Source of the DNA: Mantamonas sphyraenae STR306 | Taxonomy: Eukaryota; Protista; CRuMs | Direction of reading: 5' to 3' | NCBI GenBank assembly: GCA_026936335.1 | Contig: JAPMXV010000053.1 | Location: 310,001 to 374,000 of the forward strand | Length of the DNA stretch: 64,000 nucleotides | Part shown: positions 1-14,703 of the stretch, in pieces | Numbering within the stretch: the first letter of the stretch is position 1 | Layout of the letters: each line of letters starts with the position of its first letter | The notes under the pieces: model-generated | What the model saw: only the letters and a program-made list of their open reading frames with translations | Databases searched by the model: none | What the model was told of the DNA's origin: nothing | Made by a program: the position numbers and the translations under genes

Positions 1-480
1 CTCCTCCTTGTTCTTGTTCCAGGGCATCTTGCCCTTGATGCCCGTGATGCCACTCTTTTCGGCGCCGTCACGCAGGATGGTGAGGAAGTTGTCCAGGGTG
101 AACGTGTCCAGCTCCTTCATCATGTCCACCTGCTCCAGAAACATGGCCTCCCGCTTCTCCTCCACCTTTTCGTTGGCATACTGGTCCACCTTGCTGCGGA
201 ACCCTTCCAGGATGCCTCTGCGTTGCTGTGCCAGCGCCTGCACGCGTGTCACCACACGTGCGCTGGTCCGCCGTGTGCCCGACGCCCATGCGCCCCCCAA
301 GCCGCCACCTTCCGACCACCTTTCGCTCACCTCCACACCCACTCCATTGGTCTCGCCCACGCCCACCTGTCCTGTGTGTGGTCTGCTCATCGTACACACG
401 CCTGCCCGTGCTGTGCGTTGTTGTACCGACGCTCCCACGCGGCTCACGTGTCCTCCCAGTGCTCCGTTTGCCCTCATCAT
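1..480 (-). CDS. Partial (runs off window start) mitochondrion-targeted protein with SRP54/Ffh M-domain-like segment; MAP67-like candidate
   Basis: ATG 480; probable in-frame GT-AG intron 366-238 (alternative donor 330). Translation MMRANGALGGHVSRVGASVQQRTARAG...ALAQQRRGILEGFRSKVDQYANEKVEEKREAMFLEQVDMMKELDTFTLDNFLTILRDGAEKSGITGIKGKMPWNK. Arg-rich, acid-free presequence; FTLDNF...KMPW resembles the Ffh M-domain start (FTLxDF...MxP). Confidence 0.5.
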   Translation of the reverse strand, partial: MMRANGALGGHVSRVGASVQQRTARAGVCTMSRPHTGQVGVGETNGVGVEVSERWSEGGGLGGAWASGTRRTSARVVTRVQALAQQRRGILEGFRSKVDQYANEKVEEKREAMFLEQVDMMKELDTFTLDNFLTILRDGAEKSGITGIKGKMPWNKNKEE

Positions 481-647
481 TGCTCCACGGCTGCCTGCCG
501 CCAGCACCTGGCACGCTCTGCGTACGCTCTTGCTTCGAAGTGATCGCACAAACATCCCTCTCTGAGTGTGTGTCTCACTCGGTCTGTGTGACTGGATGGA
601 GTGGATCCGCTCGCGACGCACGGGCCAAACCCGACGCGACGCGCGCT

Positions 648-1856
648 ATGGCCATGCTCCAGGATCCATACCATGTGGTGGAGGAGTGAGTTTTCGCATC
701 ACCTGCGTCATCCCTTTGCTGCCTGCCGCCTGCTCCGGCCCTGCTCCCTGTGGCCTGTGTGGCCTGTGTGGTCCCACCACCCGAACGATTCCCAGTGGGA
801 GAAGCAAACTCCGGCCATCTCTCACACCTGAGACACACACACACACACTCACGCACACCACCAACCCGTGTGCCCTGCTCGTGCGCAACTCAACCCGCAC
901 ACAGGGAGGTGATCACAGAGATGAAGGGCATCGACGCCAAGTTTGAACGCTGGTGCGAACTGCTGGAGAGTTGCAACACGCCAAGTCGACCGAGTTCGAC
1001 TGGGTGACAAAGGGACTGCAGTCTGGCATCAAGGGCATCGTGTTTGATCTGCGGGACCTCAACGAAACAATTGATATCCTTGTGTTTGTGTGCTGTGCCT
1101 CGTGTCGGCGTGTGCATGTGTGTGTGTGTGCATGTGTCGTGCGTCCTTCCGCGTTCCCGAATTGCCCACGTGAATTGCCCTCCCGCCGCCCCGTCCCGGC
1201 GGACACACACACTGCAAGGGCCTGTGCGTGCACCTGCCGCCATGCCGTCTGTGTTTGGTTGCCATCCTTGACTCGTATGTTGCCGTGCACCCATTGTAGA
1301 AGACAAACCAGAGGCGTTTAAGATCAGTGGGGAAGAACTGGCGCGCCGCAAGAAGTATGTGGCAGACACACAGGCCAAGGTGGACCACATTCGACAGACC
1401 ATGAGCAGTCCCAAGACCAAGGCCAAGCTGCAGGCCGACCGCGACGAGTCGCTGATGGGAGGCGCCAACGCAGGTGGAAACAGGGCTCGCAAGCAGGGCC
1501 AGTCAGACAAGTATCAGAAACTGGACGACGCCATCGAGGCAGACAACAATGACTTTATCGGAAATCAGCAAGCCATGCAGGAGCGCATCATTGAGGAACA
1601 GGACGAGGCTTTGGACGAGGTGTACGAAGGTGTGGTTCGCCTGGGCGAAATGGGCAAGACCATCCACGACGAGTTGGACATGCAGGACAGGCTTATGGAC
1701 GATCTGGACGAGAACATCGACTCGGCAAGCAGCAGGCTCAAGCGGGCCAACAAGAGCGTCAAGAAACTGCTGAAGCACAAGGACCGTGGCCAGCATGCCA
1801 CCATCTGCTTCCTCGTCATTGTCCTCATTGTACTCAGCTACTTTGTGCTCCAATAA
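648..1856 (+). CDS. STX6: Syntaxin 6/Tlg1 Qc-SNARE
   Basis: N-terminal DPYHVV, RWCELL, EFDWVT...DLRDLNETIAIVEDKPEAFKI, SNARE motif (EQDEALDEV...) and C-terminal TM. Introns 686-904 (GT-AG) and 1074-1290 (AT-AC). One-base deletion near 978-982 needed to keep frame. Confidence 0.93.
1074..1290 (+). other. U12-type (minor spliceosome) AT-AC intron
   Basis: 5' end ATATCCTT, branch site TCCTTGAC at 1265-1272, 3' end CAC at 1288-1290. Removal joins ATT G|CC ATT GTA in frame (ETIAIVE). Confidence 0.93.
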
Positions 1857-1864
1857 AGAGTCGT

Positions 1865-5233
<3,369 letters not shown>

Positions 5234-5456
5234 GGTCACTTGGAACAAAACTTGGCGAACGCCTTCTGGGACCACACGTCGGAATCGATCGAATGTGGCG
5301 ACGGCTACACTTGTTGCAGCGCGTGAGTGTGTGTTCTGTGTACTGTTTGCGACAACGACAACGACGACGACAACAAGCAGCACAAGCAGGACAACGACGA
5401 GGGCTGAAATCGCTGCTGCTTCCCAAGGCGGGGGTTTGTTTTCGTTCGTGCGCGCA

Positions 5457-7952
5457 TCACTCGCTCATCCCTTCCAAACCAAAATTGGACCCGGAGCCAC
5501 GCGTCATGCGCGCTGACGACACGTTGAACAGACGCACATTCGTGCCCAGCCACACGGGCGGATTCGAACTGCGCAGAAAGACCACCGACCACAGATAGGT
5601 GCCGAACCACCGCTGCGTGTTGTCGTTGCGCACATACTTCCGCACCATGATGGGATGCGGCACAGGAAGCAAACCCACAAGCTTAGTCATGTGGATAAAC
5701 TCCATCAGCTCATCCTCATCCGGCACGCTTTTGTGCGAGTGCACTGCCATCCGCCGCATCTCTGGCAGCATCGCATTCAGCAGCGCCATAATGACCCCAC
5801 ACGGCAGGCTGTGCAGCCAGCTTTCCACCCATTCCAATGTCGATGTGCCCACTGCCACATTGCCTGCGGACAATTCGGTCGTAGCCGCCGCATCCTCTGC
5901 CTCCTGTTCCTCCACCGTATCCTCCTGTTCACTCTCTGCCCCCGTGTCCTCGTCACCGTCCATCCGTACTTCCACCTCCTCCACCTCCTCTTCGTCACCC
6001 CGTTCCGCCTCCGTCTCTGCTTCCCCGTCCTCCTCCTTCTGCACATCATCTCCCTCCGCCCCGGTGCCACTCACCAGACGTCCAGTGACTACGCCCAGGT
6101 TCTGTATCTCCTCTTTCACATCGTCCATCGTGTACGTGGCCACACGGTTGAACGTGTGCCATCGACGCAGGATGAAAAACACAAGGTGTTCGCAGCCTCG
6201 GCCCTGGTACTGCAGCAGGTTGTTCATGACCTCCAGCAGGAAAGCCACCATGTTGTGTGATACATCGTCGGTAAACAGGTACTCGGGGGCTGTGTAGAGC
6301 TCAAACAGTGACACGAGCTTGCTGGCGGCACGGCGACACAGCGACTCCTGGTAGGGGCTCACATTGACCAGAATGGACATGACAAAGTAGTGCAGCTGGG
6401 TCAACTCACGCACACCATCTTCAATCAGCTTGCACATGGTCATCACCAGCAGATCTGCATGCGAGCCTGCAAACGGAGGCAAGCCGTACACGCTATCCTG
6501 CGTGTACTCTGCGTTCACCGCAAGGCCAAACTGCCGGTTGGAGCTGTAAAGGAGCAGAAAGAAGATAACCATGTGGCACATACCCACTTTGGTGGGGTCA
6601 CGACGCCCGTCCATGAGCAGGCCACAAAGCGGCCGAACCACCTCACACACATCCTCGTAGCGAAATACATACTCCATGAATCCCACGTTGAGTTCGCTCA
6701 GATGCCAAAGGATAACCAGCACCTCTTGGAACATGTTGACCTGTTTCGTGCTGCCCGGCAGGTACGTGTTGCGCGCCAACATCGGGTTGTTCAGCAGCGC
6801 AGCCAGCGCCTTGTACGCCAGTCCGTACTCCTCTTCCGTGTGCAGACCAGCCAACAGGGAGCGATACACGTTGAAGTGGTCGTGCTCCACGTGATGCTTC
6901 ATCTCCATCTCCGTCAGCGAATACCCGTGCGGGTGGACCCAGCCCGGGTTTTCGTACTGCAACAGCACAGGCAGTACCTTGACCGCCATTTCCACCAGCT
7001 CCTCCTGCGGATCGTCAGCCACCATTTGCGCATAAGGCATCCACTCATTCGGATTGTACCCAAGCACGGTGTTGAGAAGCGAGAGAAACAACCGATGCGC
7101 GTTGGGACACTGTGGTGACGTGGCCACGTCCAGCCACGGGTCTGCGCGCTGTGGAAACTGATCTGCACTCACGTAGAGCGACTGTGACAGACACACAAGC
7201 AGACAACGCAGCGTGTCCACCCTACGGCCAGCCAGCTCGCTGGTCATCTCCCCTGCAACTCGCACATGCTGTCCCCCGATGCCTTTGGCCCTGCAGAGGA
7301 GAATGGAAGTGAGTGTGAGTGTGTGTGTGTGCGTGTGTGCGTGCGTGGAGGATGGCGACGAGCGCTTTGGGACACGCTGCAGGTCGTGGGAACCTACCAA
7401 ACGTCCACCAGCAACGGCCTATCTGTGCGCATGCTGGCTTGGCTCGACCCGCTTACCGGTACGCAGAAGCCAGGCATAAACAGAAGCTCCATCAGAACGT
7501 GAATCAGCTGCACGGCCAGCGGCGTGCGTGCAAGCGGCGGAGGTCCGGTGTCGGTGCTGAATGACGAACGCACACTTCCGCTGAACGACGGCCTCGGCGT
7601 CTCTCCGCTGCTGCCCATCTCCTGGATTTCCTCCCCTTCGTCCTCAGCAGTGCTCTCTGCTCGTTGCATGCCAGCTCCTCCTGAATTGTCCTCCGCCTCG
7701 CTGCTTGTGCTTCCCACAGGGCTCGCCGGGACGCTGCTGCTGCGGCTGGCTTCCGCCTGTTCTGGATTGCCCCAGAACAGCTCCGTAAACCGGTTGTCGT
7801 CCACGTCGTCCTCAAACACAAACGGCAGCACACGCCCCAACACACGCACACAGTTGTGTGCCTGTTTCACCACCTCGTCTGTCGTTTCCCGCCCGCTCAC
7901 CACCACGTTCAAGAACGCGACGCTCTTTGGTGCACGCAGCTGTCGTCAGCAC

Positions 7953-7990
<38 letters not shown>

Positions 7991-8225
7991 CACCCAATCC
8001 CACATCTCTTCAACTCCCACATACCTTGCGCAGAAACACACAGAGGTTGCCCGAAGCGTTTGACTTGAGAAGCCGCACCTCCTTCGGCCCAAAGGCTGCG
8101 TACACATCTTCGATGGTATCTCCAGCAGCCCACATGGCCTGCAACTTGTCCTCGTCCACTGTGTCCCCCTGTACAATCTCAGCAAGACCCTTGCGCAACG
8201 AGGCCACTGACTCCACGTTGCCCAT
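5457..8225 (-). CDS. HID1: HID1 (dymeclin-family Golgi protein)
   Basis: Myristoylation-type start MGNVES, NCVRVLGRVLPFVFE, NNLLQYQ, LVGLLPVPHPIMVRKY, PPVWLGTNVRLF. Introns 8024-(7940 or 7925) and 7397-7291. Confidence 0.9.
7957..7988. repeat. (CA)n microsatellite in HID1 intron 1
   Basis: Direct read; similar TG/CA tracts occur in many introns (e.g. 46927-46962, 833-850). Confidence 0.9.
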
Positions 8226-8278
8226 GTCGTTCTTTGTTTTGCCACCTCCCTCGCTGCGCACATCGACCCCACTTCCCC

Positions 8279-11200
8279 CTACAAGGCTTCATCCTGCTCC
8301 CCAATCATCTGCGCTCTGCCAATGCTCACCGAAACATGGTCCACGTTGGCGTATGTGGACATGGCGTGGAAACTCTCCACACGCGCGTCAAACTCCACAT
8401 CGGCCGGATCGACCTCGGTCGCCTGTGGCAGCAAACCGTTGAAGAGCATCGACGAGTCTTGAAACCAAAGGGTGCGTTCCAACGTGCTGCTGCGACGCAT
8501 GGGACGCGGGCCGACGGATGAAAGCCGCTCGCGAATCCTCGCCAGCCGCTGCCGCTCCACCTCGTCTTTGCTGACGCTTTGCTGCACCAGCAGGAACTGG
8601 ATCACCAACTGCCGCTCTTTCATGCTGCAGTTGAGCAGACTGAGCACGAGCATGAGCAACAAGTACGTGAGGTGCTTCACAGGCTGGCCGTGAAACACCG
8701 CCAACTGGTCCCATGTCACCGACAGCACCGCCACAATGGCAAAGATGACCGCCGCCTGCTTGGTCGGCAGCAACCCGGACGACGTCACCACAATCAACAC
8801 GAGCGAGTACGACAGCTCGTACGGCACCATGTCCGCCTGCAGATTCAGAGGCACAACCGAGGTGCTCACCACCAGCAACAGCTGGATAAATGTAAACACG
8901 GATATAAACACGCTGCTGTGAAAGCTGTAGAAATCAGTGCCCACTGCACCATACATCAGCAGCAGCAGCATCGGACCCACTCCGAAACGCAGCACCGCGT
9001 GCACCACCATGGTGTTCCGATCCAGCACAAGCGCATCGTTGGCCCCGAAAATAAACAGGATGGTGCACGTGTAAAACAGCATCGCTCGTGTGATGGCCAC
9101 GTTGCCTGCGCTCAGCTCCTGCCAAAACTCGCGCCGTTGTGTTGTGTCACGCAAGCCAAAGAACCCGATCTGAGATGTCACTTCCTGCGGCACCTCCACA
9201 CGCTCCGCGTGTCCATGTCGTACTTCGCGCATCGCTTCGTGTCGCCGTGCTTCCGAATGATTCCTGCGACGCGGCGTAGCGTTGTGATCACCCAGCTGTT
9301 GCAGCAACAGGAACAGACGCTGCATGTCGTTTTCGTTGATGAAGCGCATCGCACATGTCAACAGCAGCACAGATATCCACAGAAGATTCCACACAGCAAG
9401 GTTGCCAGGACTTCCTGGCAACGTCGTGGTGCTGTAGATCAGGTATGCGATCGCGGCCAGCAACGCGCCCCACGCAAAAGACAGAAATCGTGCTCCTGCT
9501 GCGAAAGAGCACGCGTACGCAATGAGAATCGACCCACGCCCCACAGGGAACAACCTTCCGTCCACCAAGTACTTCACCGAATCGATCACCATCACACTGC
9601 CGCACAACAGGCCAAACCAAGGCGCAAACAATCGTTGCAACCATCGATCCCGAGGCGTCCATCCAAGTTTCTCCACATCCACAGACAGCACCGTCGCAAC
9701 CAACACCATCACCAAGCACCACAGTCGCCCGATCCCGATGTAAACCATGGCTGTGTCGCTGTAGCCGGACAGAAACTCCTCCTCAGCCCAAAAGTACAGC
9801 TGGGACAACGAGGCGGCGACAATCACCGAGAGGCGCGCTCGCCGCACAAACCGTCTGTGAAAGCGCTCATACACCTCCTCCAGCTCTGGACTGCGAAACT
9901 CGTGAGTCCACGCATGCACAAGCGGCGTCAACACGCCGTACAGCGAATCCAACACAAACCAGCGCAGTTCGCTCACATCCCCTCCCCCATCTGCTTCCTT
10001 CACCTGTGGCTGCGTGTCTAGGCGCGTTACTTCATGCAGATTCTGTTCCACGTGCCAATGGCGCAGTCGAGAGGCGTGCTCGTGCAGACGCGCCGATGCG
10101 TCACCGCCCAGTAGCAGCCGCCCTTTCAGCAGCGGCACCTCGGTCGACTCACAAATGCCATGCAACACAGAGAGCAAGGACGAAACAATGATTGCGTCCG
10201 ATGCGTTTGCCTCGTGCGTCACCAGCACCGCGCCAACAGACTGTTCCAGCTCGTCATGCACAAACTGCTGAAACAGCCCCACAACGTGCAACACAGCATC
10301 CAATTTGGCCTCATCGCTTCGCTGTTGCAACACCATGCTCCCGTCCAGGTTTGCATGGCACGACCACGCCAGGCGGTGGCATTCCTGAGCCACAAAGATC
10401 ATCTTTTCGCCGTGCGCTGCCAGTCGCTGTGCGTCGTGCGTCTCCTGGTCCAGCAGCTTGGACATGGGGATGTGTGGCAAGTAGATGCTGTGCCACTCCT
10501 CGCGTTGCATTTCTGCATCCTGTACCTGTGGGTCGTCGTCGCTGCCGCTGCCTTCACCTGTGGACCGGAGCAACACCTGGTTTCGATGCAGCGTGTCCAG
10601 GTGGATGCGATGCACGCCAATCATGACGTTGCTGAGAAACTCGGCACGGCGGCTTCGTTCAAGCAACCGGTTCGTGTACATGGTGGACGAACCCAACACC
10701 ACAAGCACAATCAGAATGGAGAACATGTAGCGAAGGCCTGCAAGGACGAGGACAGAGACCGCCTGCACCACAACCACTACGACCGTAATCACTGCACTGT
10801 TCTTCAGAGTCAGTGAAAAGGAACTGTTCAGCTGGATCAGCATGCGCATGGACAGAAGCATGTACGGCTGGACGTTTTCCCGGTCCAGGACGTACGACGC
10901 AAGCACCAGCAGCGACACAGCAAGCGAAATCAGCAAGCCACACATGGTGGCAAGCCGTTGGAAGCGGTTGTAGATCAACGGCATGCGACTGACCGTGTAC
11001 GCGAGCACAAACACAGGCATTCCAAACCCGATGCGAAACGTGAGCATGATGGAGAGCTGACCCTTGTCTGTCAGATTGAGCACGTCTTGCAGGCCCAGCC
11101 CAGAATGCGCCGCAAGCATGGTCACAAGCAGCACTTCGATCACTTTCACATTGCGCAACGCAATGTATGCGTCGAAATCGGCCTCCAACTTTCTCGATGC

Positions 11201-12780
11201 AAACGCATGGCGCTCTTGGTTGACCAAGACCATCTGTTCCACCTCCTTCACCGCCTTGGCCAGGATGATGGCTTTGTCCTCGTTGGGCACATCCAGCACA
11301 TTTGTGAGCAAGTCCAGATGCTGCTGCGGCCGCGACCGTCCAATGGCACCCAGTGGCTTGATGTTCGTCAATCCCACCTTGGCGGCTGCCTGTGCTTTGT
11401 CCACAGCGACAAACACACTGTTGTGCGCGTTATCGAAGCGTGCAAACGAGTAACCATACTTGGAATGTTGGTCGTCCAGTTCCTCGATGCCCACTGTGTC
11501 GGCCAGGACCACGTGCGGCTGCGTCTCTGCCTTGTCAGCCTCCAGCTCCAGCACCGTACGCTGTGCCACCTCCAAAGCCTGGCCTGAATCAGACTGCCCA
11601 GGTACGCAAATACCGTGTTGGTCACTTGCAGCGTGTGGCCAACGCTCACCGCTGTGTGAACCGAGGCCGTCACGCTGTGCACCGCTGTGGCCACGTCCAA
11701 CAGCGCCTCGGTTGCTTCGCGCATGCTCTTTGTGCCCAGTCGAAGCATGGGTGCCACGCAATACTCTCCCGTGTGTGTGTGTGTCCACCATTCCATGGCG
11801 TGTCTGTGTGCCTCCTTGCTGACAACCTCTTCCACCTCGGCAACCTCTTCTCCCGTTGCCGTGCCTGCCACACGCACCAACAGCACGTGTTGCACAGGCT
11901 TTTGGATGCCCAACTGTTGCGAAAGAATGGACAGATCCTTCTTGCCCGTGGCCTCCATGTGGGCGACCAACGCACGGCGCACCTCATCTTTTTCCCTCAC
12001 CAGGTCCAGCACCGCCAAAAACATTGTGCGGTGCACGCGCAGCACGAAAAAGTTGGCGACAAGGCCATTGATGTACGTCCAGCCAGTCACCAGGCAGTAC
12101 AGCGTGTAGGAGCCGGCCTCAGCGGCAACAGAGTCAAAATGCGACACCAGCGGCGCCAGTACATGGAATGCAAACACCCACACTGTTACAATCGCTGTTT
12201 GCCGCCATCCGGGTGTTATCATCACGTATGCGCTGAGGACAGCAAGCCAGTACCCCGAGCTGACGCTGCCGAATTGATCCCGAACGAGAAAGAGCAGCCG
12301 CGTCCCGACGCTCAGGGTCACAAACATGGCCAGTTGAACAATTTGTTGCTGACTGTGTGTGCGCACCCCCCATCTCAACATTGCCTGCCAGCGCCACACG
12401 CCGTGTCAGCGCCTCTGCCCGCCGTTCTCCTCGCCTCTCGTAAAAACGCTTCTGGCCCAACTTACCGACAGCAACAGCAACGACACGATGATTCCCAAAC
12501 GTATGGGACCCATCACCGCGTACTGTGCTTCGCTGATGTTTGGATCTGTGCTGTCCACAAAGTAGTATCCCATGTATCCAAGGCTGGCCAGTCCTGCGAT
12601 CCAGTACGCACGAACGTTGACGTCCCGGTTGCCAAACCGGTAGTGCGAGAAGCTCTCCTCCACATCGACGTCTTCAAAGGTGAGATCCAATCGGAACTGG
12701 TTGGCTCTTTCCTTGAACAAGATGGCCTTGGCCTTGGCCATGGCCTGCGCAAGCAAGCTCTCCTCGTCCGCCCCTTCCAT
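8279..12780 (-). CDS. Large multi-TM protein with four adenylyl-cyclase-like membrane modules and degenerate cyclase-like region (paralog A)
   Basis: Intron 12465-12385 (GTAAGT..CTGAC..CAG); one-base frameshift near 11578-11586. Motifs LTFEDVDVEESF, FASRKLEADF, FRSPELEEVY and LRDTTQRREF each precede a cluster of TM helices. Confidence 0.7.
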
Positions 12781-12816
12781 TTCCTGATTTGTCCTGCTCC
12801 CACTCACGCACGACTT

Positions 12817-14666
12817 TTACAACGCAAATGTGCGCACCATCACATGTGGACACAGCTTTTTGAACTGCTTCAAGGCCTCCTGTGTGAGCGCCCTGCAGTT
12901 GCGCACGTCCAGGAAACGCAACGAAGTCTGACACACGTCATCCGGAAACGTGCGAGGTTCCTCGGGCTCCTCATCCATGATCCATTCGTCCTCCAGCCTG
13001 TGCTTCAGTGCCAGGATGCCCAGAGTGTTGTCTGTGATGCGCTTCAGGCCGCTGAGCACCAGCGACGTCATGTTTGGCACGTTGCTCACTGCTCCATCAC
13101 CTCATCCGTGATGCCCCGTCCCTTGTCTTCAGGGGTGAGCAACGCGTCTCCGTTGCACAGTTGCAACGAAAGGAAACGCAACGTGCTGTGCACAGCCGCC
13201 CCCTCGTCCAGCAGCGCCCGTACGCCGTCGTCGGTGATGCCTGTGCACCCGTACAGATTGATCAGGGTCAGGCCCTTCATGGTGGCGATCGACTCCAGGC
13301 CTTTGTCCGTCAGTCGCACCAGTTTGTTCAGCGTCAGACGTTGCAGATTGTGGCAGTGCGGCAAACGGGCCAGGTTGGCAAAGAACACGTCGTCCAGTTG
13401 TGTGCAGAAGCCCAGATTCAGGTGCGTCAGCTGCGTACACATGCTCACCACGTTGAACAGCGGCCTGCACCGCACCCCGCAGCAATACTTCAGGTGCAGC
13501 TTCTCCACGTGCGGTCCTGCATGCCGCAACGCAAGGTTGTCCAGGTACACTCCGTCCACCTTGTGCCACGCGCTACGGAGACGCATGTTTGACCACAGCT
13601 CGTCCGCCTGGTACAGTTGGTTCCACTTGCGGCACACCCGGGCCACCACGCTCACCAAACAGTCGCTGTCCAGGAACTTGAGCACGTTCAGCTGAATGTG
13701 TTCGGGCATGTGGTCGAACCCCTCCTGTAGCACCCACTCTGCAATTTGTGTGTGTGCATGTGTGTCCAGATCCACTCCACTGCTGTTCATGCCCCGCTTG
13801 CCCTGTTCTGGCGCCTCGTAGTGTCGGATACGCAGCGGCACAGCTTTTGCCAAGGCCTCCACGCTCAGCTCCGTCTTGACATGGCCACTCTCTGTCACTG
13901 CACTCTGCACCACCTCCATTCGCAGTACCTCGTACAATGCCTTTTCCGAGTTTTCCGCCTCTGCAGCTTCCTGCTGAGCCCGTGCAAGTGCTGCCGCCGC
14001 CGCTTGCGCCGCCTCGCTGCCATTTGTTCCTCCCGCTTCGGCCTTGACAAAAAGCTCGCGCAGGACAGAGCCGCTGCGAGGCATTGTGCTGTCTTCACTG
14101 TTTACGCTCGAACTCGTCGACGTCTTTTTCGCCCTCCCTGTGCCCATCCCACTGCTGCCCATCCGCTGGTTGTAATTGGGCGTCTGAGCCAGCGGCTGCA
14201 GGTCGCTTGCGTTTCCGCTCCATTCTGCGCCCGCCGGCAGAGACGTGCCCATCCCCGTCTGATCCACAACCTCCTCTGCCGTCGTCCCTTCTGGAAGCAA
14301 ATCCGTGTCCACACTCTGTGCCTCTGCTGGAAGCGACCCAACAACCAGCTCCGCCCCTCCCTCCTCGCTTGTGTCGCTCGCTTCCAGTGCAAATGTTGGT
14401 GTCCCGTTTGTCGTCGTACGTGTGCGCGGAGACATTACCGCCGTGTCCATACTTGTGCGCCTCCCCTGTCGCTGTGTCTGCTGCAAGTCCGCTGTCAGAG
14501 ACGACGTCGTGCTGCCCACAGGCTCCACTGCCACCGGCGTGAAATCCGGCTCGTCCTCGTCGCTGCTTGTGTCGTCGTCAGACACAATCTGTGGCGACAG
14601 GAGCACCCGCTCCATGTCCACTGCTTGCGGTTCGAATTCCTCGTCCGAGGTGTCTGTATCCGACAT
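12817..14666 (-). CDS. F-box/leucine-rich-repeat (FBXL-type) protein
   Basis: F-box FDHMPEHIQLNVLKFLD..ARVCRKW followed by cysteine-containing LRRs (LTHLNLGFCTQLDD, LINLYGCTGITD). Probable 63-nt GC-AG intron 13801-13739; one-base frameshift near 13086-13100. Confidence 0.85.
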
Positions 14667-14703
14667 GGCAGGACTGGGAATCGTTGGCTCCCCAACAGCG
14701 TTT

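Noticed and set aside
13086-13089. Stop-codon reassignment or TGA readthrough at ORF breaks
   Set aside because: The continuations are in another frame, and TAA, TAG and TGA all end conserved genes; the standard code fits.
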